45,970 nucleotides of DNA from Limisphaerales bacterium (GCA_040081795.1 JBEBFV010000003.1:1-45970); one strand, 5' to 3'; positions 10,012 through 19,132 are shown, numbered from the stretch's first letter. A program made the numbers and translations. The notes: generated by a model not told the origin, from the sequence alone.

Positions 10012-10196
10012 GTCCGTGAATTGATTTCCACGGACACCCATGCGGGCTTTCTCCGAACGCCCGGAGCGGACGCTGGCCAAGTTTTGTGGCCTGCACGAAA
10101 GAGGAACTGATTCAATGGAGCACGAACCGTGTGAATCAGATGGACATTCTGGCGGCGATTGCTGGGTTCAACTCGACTTCCTTCGCATGAACCGTG
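10012..10196 (-). promoter_or_regulatory. Conserved ~185-bp leader element, copy A
   Basis: Homologous, in inverted orientation, to 11094-11276: two CACGGTTCRTG boxes 65 bp apart, a 28/29-identical core, and a GTCCG...CGGAC hairpin. Confidence 0.75.
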
Positions 10197-10211
10197 AAAT
10201 TCAAGGGCGAT

Positions 10212-10883
10212 ATGCCGTCCTCGCTTCCTAAGCTTTGTCCTGAATGCCGCAGCCGAATGGTAGTCAGCCGAACTTTCGAGGCTCCCGAAACCCGTGTGCG
10301 GACTCAGATTTGGAAGTGCCTAAATCGCGCTTCATCCGTGATTGCACGTCCGCACAAACGCGACCTCCATTTACGTGGGATGATTCAAGAGCGCTTTCGT
10401 CTTGATGGACGAAGTCGAGGCGCTAGCCAAGTGATTCTGGACGAAGATACGCTTATGCGCACGTTGGCGGGGCTTGCGATGGGATTGTCAATCCGAGAGC
10501 TTGAGCGGCTGGGCCTCACTCGTCTTTACTCGAACCATGCGCGCCTGATGAACCGGCGATGGTTTAAGGACGCCGCTTATCGAAGCGAAGCTGAGTGCCT
10601 GCTTAACCGTTATGCGGAAAGGAATGATTGGGAACTTCGCCTTACAATCCTACTTTGGCAGAGTGCGTGCGTGGATGAAGGATTCACCCCTTCCAAAGCC
10701 GCCGCCAGCAAGGTCTTGAGAATGGGACTCGATTCTGCGGAACCGAGCTTCAGTCAGAGAATCGCGGGCCAAAATGCTGAAGTTTTGCGCACCGACTCGC
10801 GCAACCGGCTTACGTCCGGAAATTTCATACGGGCCGTAGAGCAAGCGAAGGAACGCCGCCGTCGTCAAAACGGTCTTTGGTGA
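10212..10883 (+). CDS. Hypothetical protein with N-terminal Zn-ribbon-like CPEC...C and possible HTH
   Basis: LCPECRSRM...IWKC and LAGLAMGLSIRELERLGL. Lies between the two inverted leader copies. Confidence 0.5.
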   Translation: MPSSLPKLCPECRSRMVVSRTFEAPETRVRTQIWKCLNRASSVIARPHKRDLHLRGMIQERFRLDGRSRGASQVILDEDTLMRTLAGLAMGLSIRELERLGLTRLYSNHARLMNRRWFKDAAYRSEAECLLNRYAERNDWELRLTILLWQSACVDEGFTPSKAAASKVLRMGLDSAEPSFSQRIAGQNAEVLRTDSRNRLTSGNFIRAVEQAKERRRRQNGLW

Positions 10884-11093
10884 GCGATTATTCCAGAGGG
10901 AGTCAGCAGGACGAGTTTGACGGTGCGCCGGGCGTCTCTCGTCGCGCCTGCGAGGTTGGTTCAAGGAGCCGCAACGCTTGCAAAATTTACCCAGCCACTG
11001 CTGCCTTACTGTTAGCAATTGGCGTTTGATGGCTGGCTGGTCACAATAGCGAGCCGTGGTCCAACGCTCAGAGGGTAGCAAACGCGATCTTTA

Positions 11094-11276
11094 CACGGTT
11101 CGTGCATAGGAAGCGGAATTGTCATAGTAAAATTGTGGCAACAGCCCTTTCACCTCCGCACGGTTCGTGACCCGCAAACGAAGTTCCTTCCTTGTGTCCG
11201 CGCATTTTGCGCTGGCGCCTGCTCCAGGCCGTTCGGAGAAAGCCCGCAAGGGTGTCCGCAAACAAGGTTTGCGGAC
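11094..11276 (+). promoter_or_regulatory. Conserved ~185-bp leader element, copy B
   Basis: Boxes at 11094-11104 and 11159-11169, core 11230-11258, perfect 10-bp hairpin 11254-11276. ATG 24 nt downstream (11301). Confidence 0.75.
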
Positions 11277-11300
11277 TCAGCTAACAAGCAACACATCACC

Positions 11301-11402
11301 ATGACCACTACCGCAAATCCCACCACCGCCTCACGCGCCGTCGAGGAGCTGCTCAACAGTTCCTCTGGTTTGGGCGTGTGCGCGGGACGGCAGCCTCAAT
11401 AG
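11301..11402 (+). pseudogene. 33-codon ORF behind leader B (small peptide or truncated gene)
   Basis: ATG lies at exactly the same distance from the hairpin as the ATG behind leader A, but the ORF stops early. Confidence 0.35.
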
Positions 11403-11413
11403 GCTCGCCGGTT

Positions 11414-11689
11414 ATGAACTGCCCATGCCCTCCGGCCAAGAGCCGGCCCAAGCAGCCGACGCTCCTCGAATCCGCCGGGGAGGTCGTGCTGCTGCTCGTC
11501 ATCGTCGCCGTGATTGCCGTGGTGCCCTTGCTTGTCTGCGAGTGGCTCGCGCAAATCGCCCTGCCGGCGCCCGTGAACGGGACGCCAGAGATGCGGCAGG
11601 CTGTTGCCGCCCAGCGAGAGTCGCTTGCGAAGGTGCTGTTCGGCCTGCTCTGGGCGGTGCTTGGCGGGTGGCTGATTTTCTTCGGCTGA
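11414..11689 (+). CDS. Small two-TM membrane protein
   Basis: Two hydrophobic stretches (VVLLLVIVAVIAVVPLLV; VLFGLLWAVLGGWLIFFG). Confidence 0.55.
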   Translation: MNCPCPPAKSRPKQPTLLESAGEVVLLLVIVAVIAVVPLLVCEWLAQIALPAPVNGTPEMRQAVAAQRESLAKVLFGLLWAVLGGWLIFFG

Positions 11690-11730
11690 ACGGCTGGGCT
11701 CGTGCCTCACGCGCGCCCCGCCGGTCCACA

Positions 11731-12435
11731 TCAAGTTGTCTGCCGCTCAAGCCGTGCCTTGCGCAGCTTCCAGTCTGGAAGCAGGCGCGTCAGCAGTTCG
11801 TAAAATCGCGGGCCGTGGTCGTGGTGCCGGAGGTGGCAGAGTTCGTGGATGATGACGTAGTCAATGCAATCCACGGGCGCGCAGATGAGCGCCGGGTTGA
11901 GCAGAATCCGGCGGTCAGCGCCGCAACTTCCCCAGCGCCGGGGCATCCGCCGCAATCCAAATCCCTTCGGTGTGATGCCAAAGGGGTGAACTGCTTCGCT
12001 GCATCGCTGGAATCGTTCCGCGAGCTTTTGCTGGGCGCGCCCGCGAAGCCACTTTTCCAACGACGGCGTGGCCCCTGTCTTGTCAGGCTGCTTGTCCTTG
12101 ACGACGATTTCGACCACGCCACGCGACATCCTGATTCCTAACGGGTTGCCTGAGCGAATCCGCAGCCGGTATTGCCGCCCCAAGTAGCGAATGGACTGGC
12201 CGCTCACGCGCCGCTCACTTGGGGCCGGGAGCAAGGCTTCAAACATCCGCTGCTGCCGCAGTATCCACCGCCCTCGCCGGGCCACCCGGCCAATCACGCC
12301 TGCCTCTGCCGCGTGCGCCGGAGCGATGACCTCCACGGCCCCGGAGGGTTGAACGCGAATGGCGAGGTGCTTGACGGCGCGGCGCTCAAGCTGGAACTGG
12401 ATTGTGCGGGTGCCGTATTGCGCTTCGCAAATCAT
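11731..12435 (-). CDS. M48/SprT-like (YgjP/DUF45) metallohydrolase associated with HsdR
   Basis: RRWGSC, LLNPAL, IDYVIIHELCHL (HExxH), HGPRFY. 4-bp overlap with the hsdR stop. Confidence 0.92.
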   Translation of the reverse strand: MICEAQYGTRTIQFQLERRAVKHLAIRVQPSGAVEVIAPAHAAEAGVIGRVARRGRWILRQQRMFEALLPAPSERRVSGQSIRYLGRQYRLRIRSGNPLGIRMSRGVVEIVVKDKQPDKTGATPSLEKWLRGRAQQKLAERFQRCSEAVHPFGITPKGFGLRRMPRRWGSCGADRRILLNPALICAPVDCIDYVIIHELCHLRHHDHGPRFYELLTRLLPDWKLRKARLERQTT

Positions 12436-15400
12436 GCCGTCCCCTTGCTCCCCTTGTAATGCGCCTCCGCAATCGGCAGCACGTCCTTGCCGATTTCATC
12501 CAGCGCGGCCAGCGGCAGGGTGAAGCCGTGCCGCTTGGCGGTGGCAAGCAGACAGTCCTCCGCCGCGTTGAGCATCTGGTTGCGCACGTCCGGGTTGGCC
12601 GTCCAGTTGACGATGCTCGCGAGCTTCGCCACTTCGTCGTCAATCGCCAGGCCCAGCTCCACCCCCACAGCCTCAGCCTCCGCCGGGGACAGCGACTCCA
12701 TCGCGCCCAGCGCCCGCTTCGCCACCCCGTAGTAAGCCCGTGCGGCGGCGCGCTGGTGCAACTCTGGCGGCAGGTCGCTGGTGGCGCGGTCGCGGACCTT
12801 CTGCATGACCTCGCTCACGCTGGCGAGGTATTGCGCGTCCGTGAGCCGCTTGGCGCGGTAGTCCTCGATGAGCCGCTGAAGGATGCGGGAGAAGCGTTCG
12901 TAAAACGCGGGGTCTTCCTCCCACTTTTCACGGATGGTTTTCTCCGTGCGGCTGAAGATGGTGTCGGCGCGGGACGCGGTGCTTTCCAGCTTTTGCACTT
13001 CCGCGTCGAACCGCTCCTTGTCGAAGATGTTCACCAGCGGCGTGAGCTTCGCCACCTCCGTCGCGCCGACGTGCCGGTCAATCAAGGTCTGGATGCGCTT
13101 CTCGTATTCCGCGTAGTCCACTTCCTCGCTGTAACGCTGCTTCATGCGCGTGCGCAGGTTCAGGAAGTATTTCAGGTCGCGCCGATACCGGGCCACGGTC
13201 GCGGCGGGCGTCTGGGTGAAGAAGTCCGACGACGACAGCGCGACTTGGAAGATGCGCGCGAACCGGCTCAGGCGGGCGTAAAACTCGTCGCGCTGGTCCT
13301 GATGTTGCAGGCACGCGGCGAATTGTTCGTCGTCCTGCTGGTTCTTCACCGCGCGGAACAGCGCCCACAACTCCGCGCTGGCGTCCGGCAGCTTGCCCAC
13401 TTCATCGGCCACCGGCGTCAGTGTGGCGGCGAGGTCCGCCGCGTCGTATTCGGCCAGCGCCTCGTAGTGGGTCAGGGCCTCGTTCAAGTCGCCCAAGACA
13501 CCGTAGTAGTCGAGGATGTAGCCGAAGTCCTTGCCCTCGCTGCGGCGGTTCACGCGGGCGATGGCCTGCAAGAGCGTGTGACCCGTCAGTTTCTTGTCAA
13601 TGTAGAGGACCGTGTTGGTGGGGGCGTCGAAGCCGGTGAGCAGCTTGCTGACGACGATGATGATTTGCGGGTCGCCGTCCCCCTTGAAGCGGCTGGTGAG
13701 ACTGTCGTTGTAGCGTTCCTCGGTGCTGAAACGCGCCATCATCTCGCGCCAGAACAATTGCACGCGCGGCAGCTCGCTCTCGGCGCAATCCTCGTTGTCA
13801 TCGCGCGTGTCCGGCGCGGAGATGAGCACTTCAGTGGAGACGCGCAACGCCGGGTCGGTGCGGCCAATTTCATCAATGATTTCCTTGTAACGCAGCGCCA
13901 CGTCTTTCCGCGGCGCGACAAGCTGCCCCTTCGCGCCGGTGCCGGCGAAGGTGCTGGTGAAGTGTTCACAGAGGTCGTAGGCCACCATCATCAGCCGCTT
14001 GTCGGCGCGGTTCAGGTGGTCGGCGTTGGCGAACTTCTGTTTGAAATCCGCCTTCTGGTCCTCGGTCTTGCCGCGCATCAGCCGTTCAAACCAGAGGTCG
14101 AGCTGCTCCTTGTCCACTTCCTGTTCAACGTGCCGGCCTTCGTAGAGCAACGGCACCACCGCCTGGTCACGAACGGCGTGGTCGAGCGTGTAGGTGTGGA
14201 TGAAGTCACCGAAGACCTGGAGGTTGTTCCGCTTCTCGTCATGCACCACCGGCGTGCCGGTGAAGCCGATGAAGCAGGCGCGCGGCAGCGCCTTCCGCAT
14301 CATCGCATGGAACGAACCGAAGTTCGTCCGGTGGCCCTCATCCACCAGCACGAACAGGTTGGGGTCATCGTCAAGCTGGGCGACGCCGCGCACGGCGCGC
14401 TCGAATTTGTTGATGATGGTGGTGATGACCCCGGCCTTGCGGCTCTGAATCAGTTCGCGCAGCTCCTTGCCGTCCTTCGCGCGCACGGGTTCGTAACCGC
14501 AGTAGCGGAACGTGTCGCCAATCTGTTTGTCCAGTTCCACCCGGTCGGTGACGAGAATCAGCCGGGGATTGGGGATGGCCGGATGCAGCGTCAGCGCCTT
14601 CGCCAGCATCACCATCGTCAATGACTTGCCGCTGCCCTGCGTGTGCCAGACGAGGCCGCCCTGCCGGTTGGCGTCCGGCCCACGCTCTTGCACGCGGAGC
14701 AGCGCGGACTTCACCGCCGCATACTGCTGGTGCCGGGCAATCTTCTTCTCCCCGCCGTCGTAAACGATGAACTGGCGGCTCAGTTCCAGCAGCCGCTCCG
14801 GGCGGCACAGCGCATACAGGACGCGGTCCTGCTCCGTCACCGTCCGCTCCTGCAAGATGGGCAGCTCCAATCGCGCCCAATGCAGCTTCACCAGTTCATC
14901 CACGGCGAGCGGCTGGCTGAGAACCTTCAGCACCTCGCCGTCAGGAATCACCTCGCGCCACGACGCCCAGAACTCCGCCGGGGTGCGGGCCGTGGCGTAT
15001 TGCGCGGCCTCGCCATTGATGCCGAGCACGAGCTGGGCATACCAGTAAAGGCGCGGGATGCCGTCCTCGCGCTGGTTGCGGATGTGCTGCGAGATGGCTT
15101 GTTGAAGTTCCTTCTTGCCCCTCGGCTTGCACTCGATGACGGCGAAGGGGATGCCGTTCACGAACAGCACCACATCCACCCGGTAAGTCTCGCGCGTGCC
15201 GGTGCGCTCGACGGTGAATTCCTCGGTGACGTGGAAGGCGTTTTGGTCCCAGCGTTCCCAATCCACGTAGCGCAACGTGAAGCTGCGCGTGTCGCCCGCG
15301 ACCGTCTGGGGGAAGCTCTTGCCCAGCGACAGCAGGTCGTAAAGTTTCTCGCTCGTCTGAATCAGCCCCTCATCCGACAGGTCGCGGACGGCGGCGATGC

Positions 15401-15644
15401 CGGCTTCGATGGCCTCCGATGAAAACGGCTGCTCCTGACCTCGCCAGCGCACGCGGTTCAGCTTGGATAACTGCTCGTGCAAAATGGGCGCGAGAATCAC
15501 TTCCGACTTCCGCCCGCCGCGCAACTGCAACGCCTCGGCAGGCGGCAGGTAGCGGAAGCCCAGCTTCATCAGCAGTTCCACGGCGGGAATCTGCGAGACG
15601 AGCTTTTCGCGCGTGTCGGGCGTGGTGGATGATTCAGTGGGCAT
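12432..15644 (-). CDS. hsdR: Type I restriction endonuclease subunit R
   Basis: Nuclease motif VDVVLFVNGIPFAVIECK, Walker A HTQGSGKS, DEGH box, GFTGTP, LLTGFDAP, LLQAIARVNR. 1070 aa. Confidence 0.97.
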   Translation of the reverse strand: MPTESSTTPDTREKLVSQIPAVELLMKLGFRYLPPAEALQLRGGRKSEVILAPILHEQLSKLNRVRWRGQEQPFSSEAIEAGIAAVRDLSDEGLIQTSEKLYDLLSLGKSFPQTVAGDTRSFTLRYVDWERWDQNAFHVTEEFTVERTGTRETYRVDVVLFVNGIPFAVIECKPRGKKELQQAISQHIRNQREDGIPRLYWYAQLVLGINGEAAQYATARTPAEFWASWREVIPDGEVLKVLSQPLAVDELVKLHWARLELPILQERTVTEQDRVLYALCRPERLLELSRQFIVYDGGEKKIARHQQYAAVKSALLRVQERGPDANRQGGLVWHTQGSGKSLTMVMLAKALTLHPAIPNPRLILVTDRVELDKQIGDTFRYCGYEPVRAKDGKELRELIQSRKAGVITTIINKFERAVRGVAQLDDDPNLFVLVDEGHRTNFGSFHAMMRKALPRACFIGFTGTPVVHDEKRNNLQVFGDFIHTYTLDHAVRDQAVVPLLYEGRHVEQEVDKEQLDLWFERLMRGKTEDQKADFKQKFANADHLNRADKRLMMVAYDLCEHFTSTFAGTGAKGQLVAPRKDVALRYKEIIDEIGRTDPALRVSTEVLISAPDTRDDNEDCAESELPRVQLFWREMMARFSTEERYNDSLTSRFKGDGDPQIIIVVSKLLTGFDAPTNTVLYIDKKLTGHTLLQAIARVNRRSEGKDFGYILDYYGVLGDLNEALTHYEALAEYDAADLAATLTPVADEVGKLPDASAELWALFRAVKNQQDDEQFAACLQHQDQRDEFYARLSRFARIFQVALSSSDFFTQTPAATVARYRRDLKYFLNLRTRMKQRYSEEVDYAEYEKRIQTLIDRHVGATEVAKLTPLVNIFDKERFDAEVQKLESTASRADTIFSRTEKTIREKWEEDPAFYERFSRILQRLIEDYRAKRLTDAQYLASVSEVMQKVRDRATSDLPPELHQRAAARAYYGVAKRALGAMESLSPAEAEAVGVELGLAIDDEVAKLASIVNWTANPDVRNQMLNAAEDCLLATAKRHGFTLPLAALDEIGKDVLPIAEAHYKGSKGTA

Positions 15645-15660
15645 CGCGTGGGCTGGCAGG

Positions 15661-16119
15661 CTAATTCTCGCCGGGGGAGTAAGCCGCCTTGGGTTCGTCT
15701 GTCTTCTCAGTCGTGTGATTCGCGGATGGTCCCAGCCACTTGCCGGTCAGCAGAAACAACTCGTAGAAGACGAGCCATTCAGCCACCCACGGGATGACGG
15801 TTTCGTGCAAATGCCACTTGTTCTGCCAAGGCTGCTCACGCCAGTCGTAGAGGCAAAGCGTGTCGTTCCGATACATGTGCGCGCCGGACGTGAACTTGAG
15901 CGCTGGCTCGATGACGCGGATTTCAGGTGAACTCCACGGCTGGTATTTTATTTCCACGCGGTAAGGCGCGCTGTGCTCAGTCGGCTGAATCCGCCCGCGA
16001 CACGTCAACTCCTGCCCACGAATCCGCGCATGGAGGCCGGGAAAACTCCGCCGGACGAGCGCCTGCTCACAAACGACCTTGTGATAGCGGTCAGCTTTGT
16101 TGGTGGGGATGGTCGCCAT
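15661..16119 (-). CDS. Stand-alone prokaryotic E2 (ubiquitin-conjugating-like) protein of short type II CBASS
   Basis: GRIQPT...YRVEIKY...PEIRVIEP...HMYRNDTLCLY...W...TVIPWVAEWLVFYELF...GKWLG matches the CBASS E2-only family (catalytic Cys in LCLY). Overlaps the CD-NTase 3' end. Confidence 0.85.
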   Translation of the reverse strand: MATIPTNKADRYHKVVCEQALVRRSFPGLHARIRGQELTCRGRIQPTEHSAPYRVEIKYQPWSSPEIRVIEPALKFTSGAHMYRNDTLCLYDWREQPWQNKWHLHETVIPWVAEWLVFYELFLLTGKWLGPSANHTTEKTDEPKAAYSPGEN

Positions 16120-17200
16120 AGAACTTGTGCGGTAGGTTCAGCACGCCCGCGCCGATGGCGGCGCGGACAATCACGCCAGCGCTGTTGGTCGCCGCAACTC
16201 CCGCGTTCACCAGTGCGGCATTGGCAAAGAGCGTGCGCGTCTTCCCCTTGTCCTTGTCGTAAGCCTCGAAATACCCGTCGCTCTGGAACACCCAATCCCA
16301 CGCGGCGCGAGCCTGCCCAGGTTTGCAGTCCGAACGGTGGAGGACATTCAACTGCGCCAGCGCCTCTCCGACGCGCGTGCGCAACTCCACCATGTTCCCG
16401 TCGCTTGGCGACTTGGTAAGCTTGTCCTTCGGCCACTTTGTCTGCGCCCGGTTCTCCACTTCCAAGTTCGTCGCGAGCCGGTCCTTGAGCCGGGCGAGCA
16501 GCCAGTAAAAGCACTCGTCATCCCGCTGGTATTGGGTTTGCAGGCACTCTTCGGTGAGCATCGTAAGCTTGAGGCCGTTTGGCAGGTCCCAATCCTTGCC
16601 CCGGCTGCGGGCGAATCGCTTCATCATCCGAATCATCACGCGGAGCTGGGAGCCAGCACCGGCGCGCTGCTTGTTGAGCGCCTGAACACGGTCCAGAAAC
16701 CAGCGATTGATTTCAGTCGGGTCGGAGAGATTGAACCCCGCTGCCCCGGCCAACTCTTGCCGCTCCTTGTCTGTGTCCGCATCGAGCTTCCGATAGGCGG
16801 GCACGTCAACATGGTGGCCCGCCTCGTAGAAGATGCGGACGCAGTTGTTGTGAATCTCCGGCTGCTTGTTGAATCGGTCGTCCTTCAAGGCATCACGCAC
16901 CATCACTTGCGTGTCCATCGCGCTGTAGGCCGCACCGTCCTTCTTCTTCAAGTCGTCCGCGTGGAACCACACGCCGTCGTCAATGTCGTAGGCGTTATCC
17001 TTCTCCTGAACCGTCGTCTCAATCGCCATTGAGCCTTGCGGCATGAAGTGATTGTCGTTCAACCGGATGGTGTCGGGGCGGTTGGCTTTGAGCCGGTTCC
17101 GATTGGCGGCGCGGTGGTCGCGCAACTTGTCTTTGACTGCCTGCGGCAACGCAACGCAGTCGGCTTCGTAGGCTTGGATTTGTTCGTTGTAATCAAACAC
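16091..17200 (-). CDS. cGAS/DncV-like nucleotidyltransferase (CD-NTase) of CBASS
   Basis: PQGS...T...YDIDDG catalytic motif, CVRIFY...HVDVPAYR, SDP, QLRVMIRMMKRFA, and a C-terminal tail ...PHKFYG-DHPHQQS. GTG start with GGAGG RBS. Confidence 0.92.
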   Translation of the reverse strand: MFDYNEQIQAYEADCVALPQAVKDKLRDHRAANRNRLKANRPDTIRLNDNHFMPQGSMAIETTVQEKDNAYDIDDGVWFHADDLKKKDGAAYSAMDTQVMVRDALKDDRFNKQPEIHNNCVRIFYEAGHHVDVPAYRKLDADTDKERQELAGAAGFNLSDPTEINRWFLDRVQALNKQRAGAGSQLRVMIRMMKRFARSRGKDWDLPNGLKLTMLTEECLQTQYQRDDECFYWLLARLKDRLATNLEVENRAQTKWPKDKLTKSPSDGNMVELRTRVGEALAQLNVLHRSDCKPGQARAAWDWVFQSDGYFEAYDKDKGKTRTLFANAALVNAGVAATNSAGVIVRAAIGAGVLNLPHKFYGDHPHQQS

Positions 17201-17969
17201 TGTGACCTCCTTGGTCTGGCGGACGGTTCGCTAGCTGATTGGCGTAGGCCATCCAGTCCACCGCCGGAACCGTGGCGAGCGACTGGAGTTTCCACAACAG
17301 GCGGAAGGCGAAATAGGCCAGCGCGTTCTCTGGCGGGCCAAAGGTGTATGCGTTCGGCCCGGCGAACGTGTCGAAGCTCGCGCCGCTCGCGGCGAAGCCG
17401 CAGTCAATCTTCCGCTCGTTCAGCAGGCCGGCGTGAGCTTCCCGAAACGACTCGCCGAACCCGTCTTTCCAGTCAACCTCGATGGCGAGGATTCCAGCCA
17501 CGATGTCGAAATGCTTTTTGGCAGCGAACACGCCGCCCGCGTGATGGATTTCAACTGAAGTGCGCTTGAGCTTCCTCACTGAAGCAGCCTTGTCCGCCGC
17601 ATATTCCAAGTAGCCCTTGTCAATCGTCGGCTTGCACTCAAAGACGGCGTAAACGGCTTCGGCTGGCACGTAGCGGTGCTTGTGGTTGTCCAGCAAGGTC
17701 GGTGTGTATTGCCGGTCGAAGACCACCACGTCTATCGAGTCGCTGACGTTGCCTTCGCTGTCGAGGACAATGGCCTTCTCGATTGTGTAGCGGTTGGGCA
17801 GGTATTTGCGGAGGAAATCAATGCAGTGCTGTTCGTTGACTTCCCCTCGGTCGCCCGCGTGCGAGATGCGCTTGGAGGATTTCAGTTGGGCCTTCAAGCA
17901 ATCCTGCTCAGTGGCGAAGGCTTGCCGTAGGAATTCTGCGTTGTGCGGCGTGTTCGTGTCGTTGTTCAT
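17193..17969 (-). CDS. nucC: NucC-family cyclic-oligonucleotide-activated endonuclease (CBASS effector)
   Basis: H-GDRGEVNE, YLPNRY, DSEGNVSDSIDVVVFDRQYTP, VPAEAVYAVFECK, SVRKLKRTS--I-HAGG and C-terminal TVPAVDWMAY are collinear with E. coli NucC as I recall it. Confidence 0.93.
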   Translation of the reverse strand: MNNDTNTPHNAEFLRQAFATEQDCLKAQLKSSKRISHAGDRGEVNEQHCIDFLRKYLPNRYTIEKAIVLDSEGNVSDSIDVVVFDRQYTPTLLDNHKHRYVPAEAVYAVFECKPTIDKGYLEYAADKAASVRKLKRTSVEIHHAGGVFAAKKHFDIVAGILAIEVDWKDGFGESFREAHAGLLNERKIDCGFAASGASFDTFAGPNAYTFGPPENALAYFAFRLLWKLQSLATVPAVDWMAYANQLANRPPDQGGHSV

Positions 17970-19132
17970 GGCTGTTTGGTTTTAACGCGGACCTTGCCGG
18001 TGAGGAGCTTCTGCATGAGGCCGCGCTTTTGGAGTTTCAGGGCGGCCAGTTCGGTTTCGAGCAGGCGGATTTCGCGGTCGCAGGCGTCGAGCACGCTCAC
18101 GATGCGTTGCTGTTCCTCAATGGTGGGCGGCAACTGGATGTGATGCTTCAGGAAGTCCTTGGAATCGAAGATGAGCTTCTCGACGTGAACGCCGTCGCTG
18201 GCGAGGAAGGCGAGGTGCCACATGCGGCGCTGATGACAGAGCCAGTCGAAGAAGGGCATGTGCAACACGTCGGGCGCGCGGTTGACGAGGATGGAGTATT
18301 CCTTGGAGACGTGGCAGCCAGCGAACTCGTCCGTCACCATGCCCCAGGCGCCGTGGACAACCTGCCGCTTGGAAATCAGGAAATCACCGCTGCGGACTTC
18401 ATGCAGGTCGGTGGTCTTGTAGTCCGCGCCGAGCAAGTCTCCACGGCGGAACAGGCCGCCACAACGACGGCGGATGCTGATGAGGTGGAACAGGCGGTCA
18501 GGTGCCCAATCCACCGGGCGGAAGACGTGCTCCAAGACAGCGCCCAACTGGACGCGCCGCCATTTGCCGCGACCAAACTTGGGGAAGCGGCGGGTGCCGG
18601 TGAGGAGATGTTCGCGCAAAGCGCGCATGCGCTCCGTCTTGGTCGTCACCGTTGCTTGCAGCTTTTCAATGGCCTGGTCCCAAGTCGCAAGAATTTCGGC
18701 TACACGCTTTTGTTCGCGTGAAGCCAGGGCGACGAACGGGGTGTCGAGGATAACGTCGCGGGAGATACCCGGAATTAACCCCGATGCTACGGCTTCATAT
18801 CGGTGTCCATTGGCGAGAAGGACTTGGTGAACAAAATTGGCATCCCATGATTTCGGACGGACAGCCATCAACTGCCGACCAATGGCATAGCGTCGGTCAG
18901 CGCGAACGACTGCGCCGGTGCCTGAACCCTTTACGACCACCAGAATATCCCCAGCTTCGCAAAACGCTCGACCAGTTCCAGTGAATCGTTCCGCGTTTGG
19001 TTTCCCGTTCAGAAAATCCGTCGGGCCAGTCAAATACGGAATCCCGCGCTTCTCGAAAGTTAGTTCAGCGCTTTCGATGTGCTGACCCGAAATCAGTTGG
19101 ATGTCGTCACCAAGCAAGCTGTGGCGGCTCAT
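17966..19132 (-). CDS. hsdS: Type I RM specificity subunit S
   Basis: Two TRDs separated by conserved regions (EQKRVAEILATWDQAIE; LPPTIEEQQRIVSVLDACDREI...KRGLMQKLLTGKVRV). Confidence 0.93.
   Translation of the reverse strand: MSRHSLLGDDIQLISGQHIESAELTFEKRGIPYLTGPTDFLNGKPNAERFTGTGRAFCEAGDILVVVKGSGTGAVVRADRRYAIGRQLMAVRPKSWDANFVHQVLLANGHRYEAVASGLIPGISRDVILDTPFVALASREQKRVAEILATWDQAIEKLQATVTTKTERMRALREHLLTGTRRFPKFGRGKWRRVQLGAVLEHVFRPVDWAPDRLFHLISIRRRCGGLFRRGDLLGADYKTTDLHEVRSGDFLISKRQVVHGAWGMVTDEFAGCHVSKEYSILVNRAPDVLHMPFFDWLCHQRRMWHLAFLASDGVHVEKLIFDSKDFLKHHIQLPPTIEEQQRIVSVLDACDREIRLLETELAALKLQKRGLMQKLLTGKVRVKTKQP

Noticed and set aside
12402-14624. 740-aa plus-strand ORF (likewise 912..2393, 5663..6946, 6865..8157, 40944..42347)
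   Set aside because: Antisense shadows of well-supported genes in high-GC DNA, with no recognisable motifs.
17193-17969. NucC as a type III CRISPR ancillary nuclease
   Set aside because: No cas10/csm/cmr in the window, and it is coupled directly to a CD-NTase.
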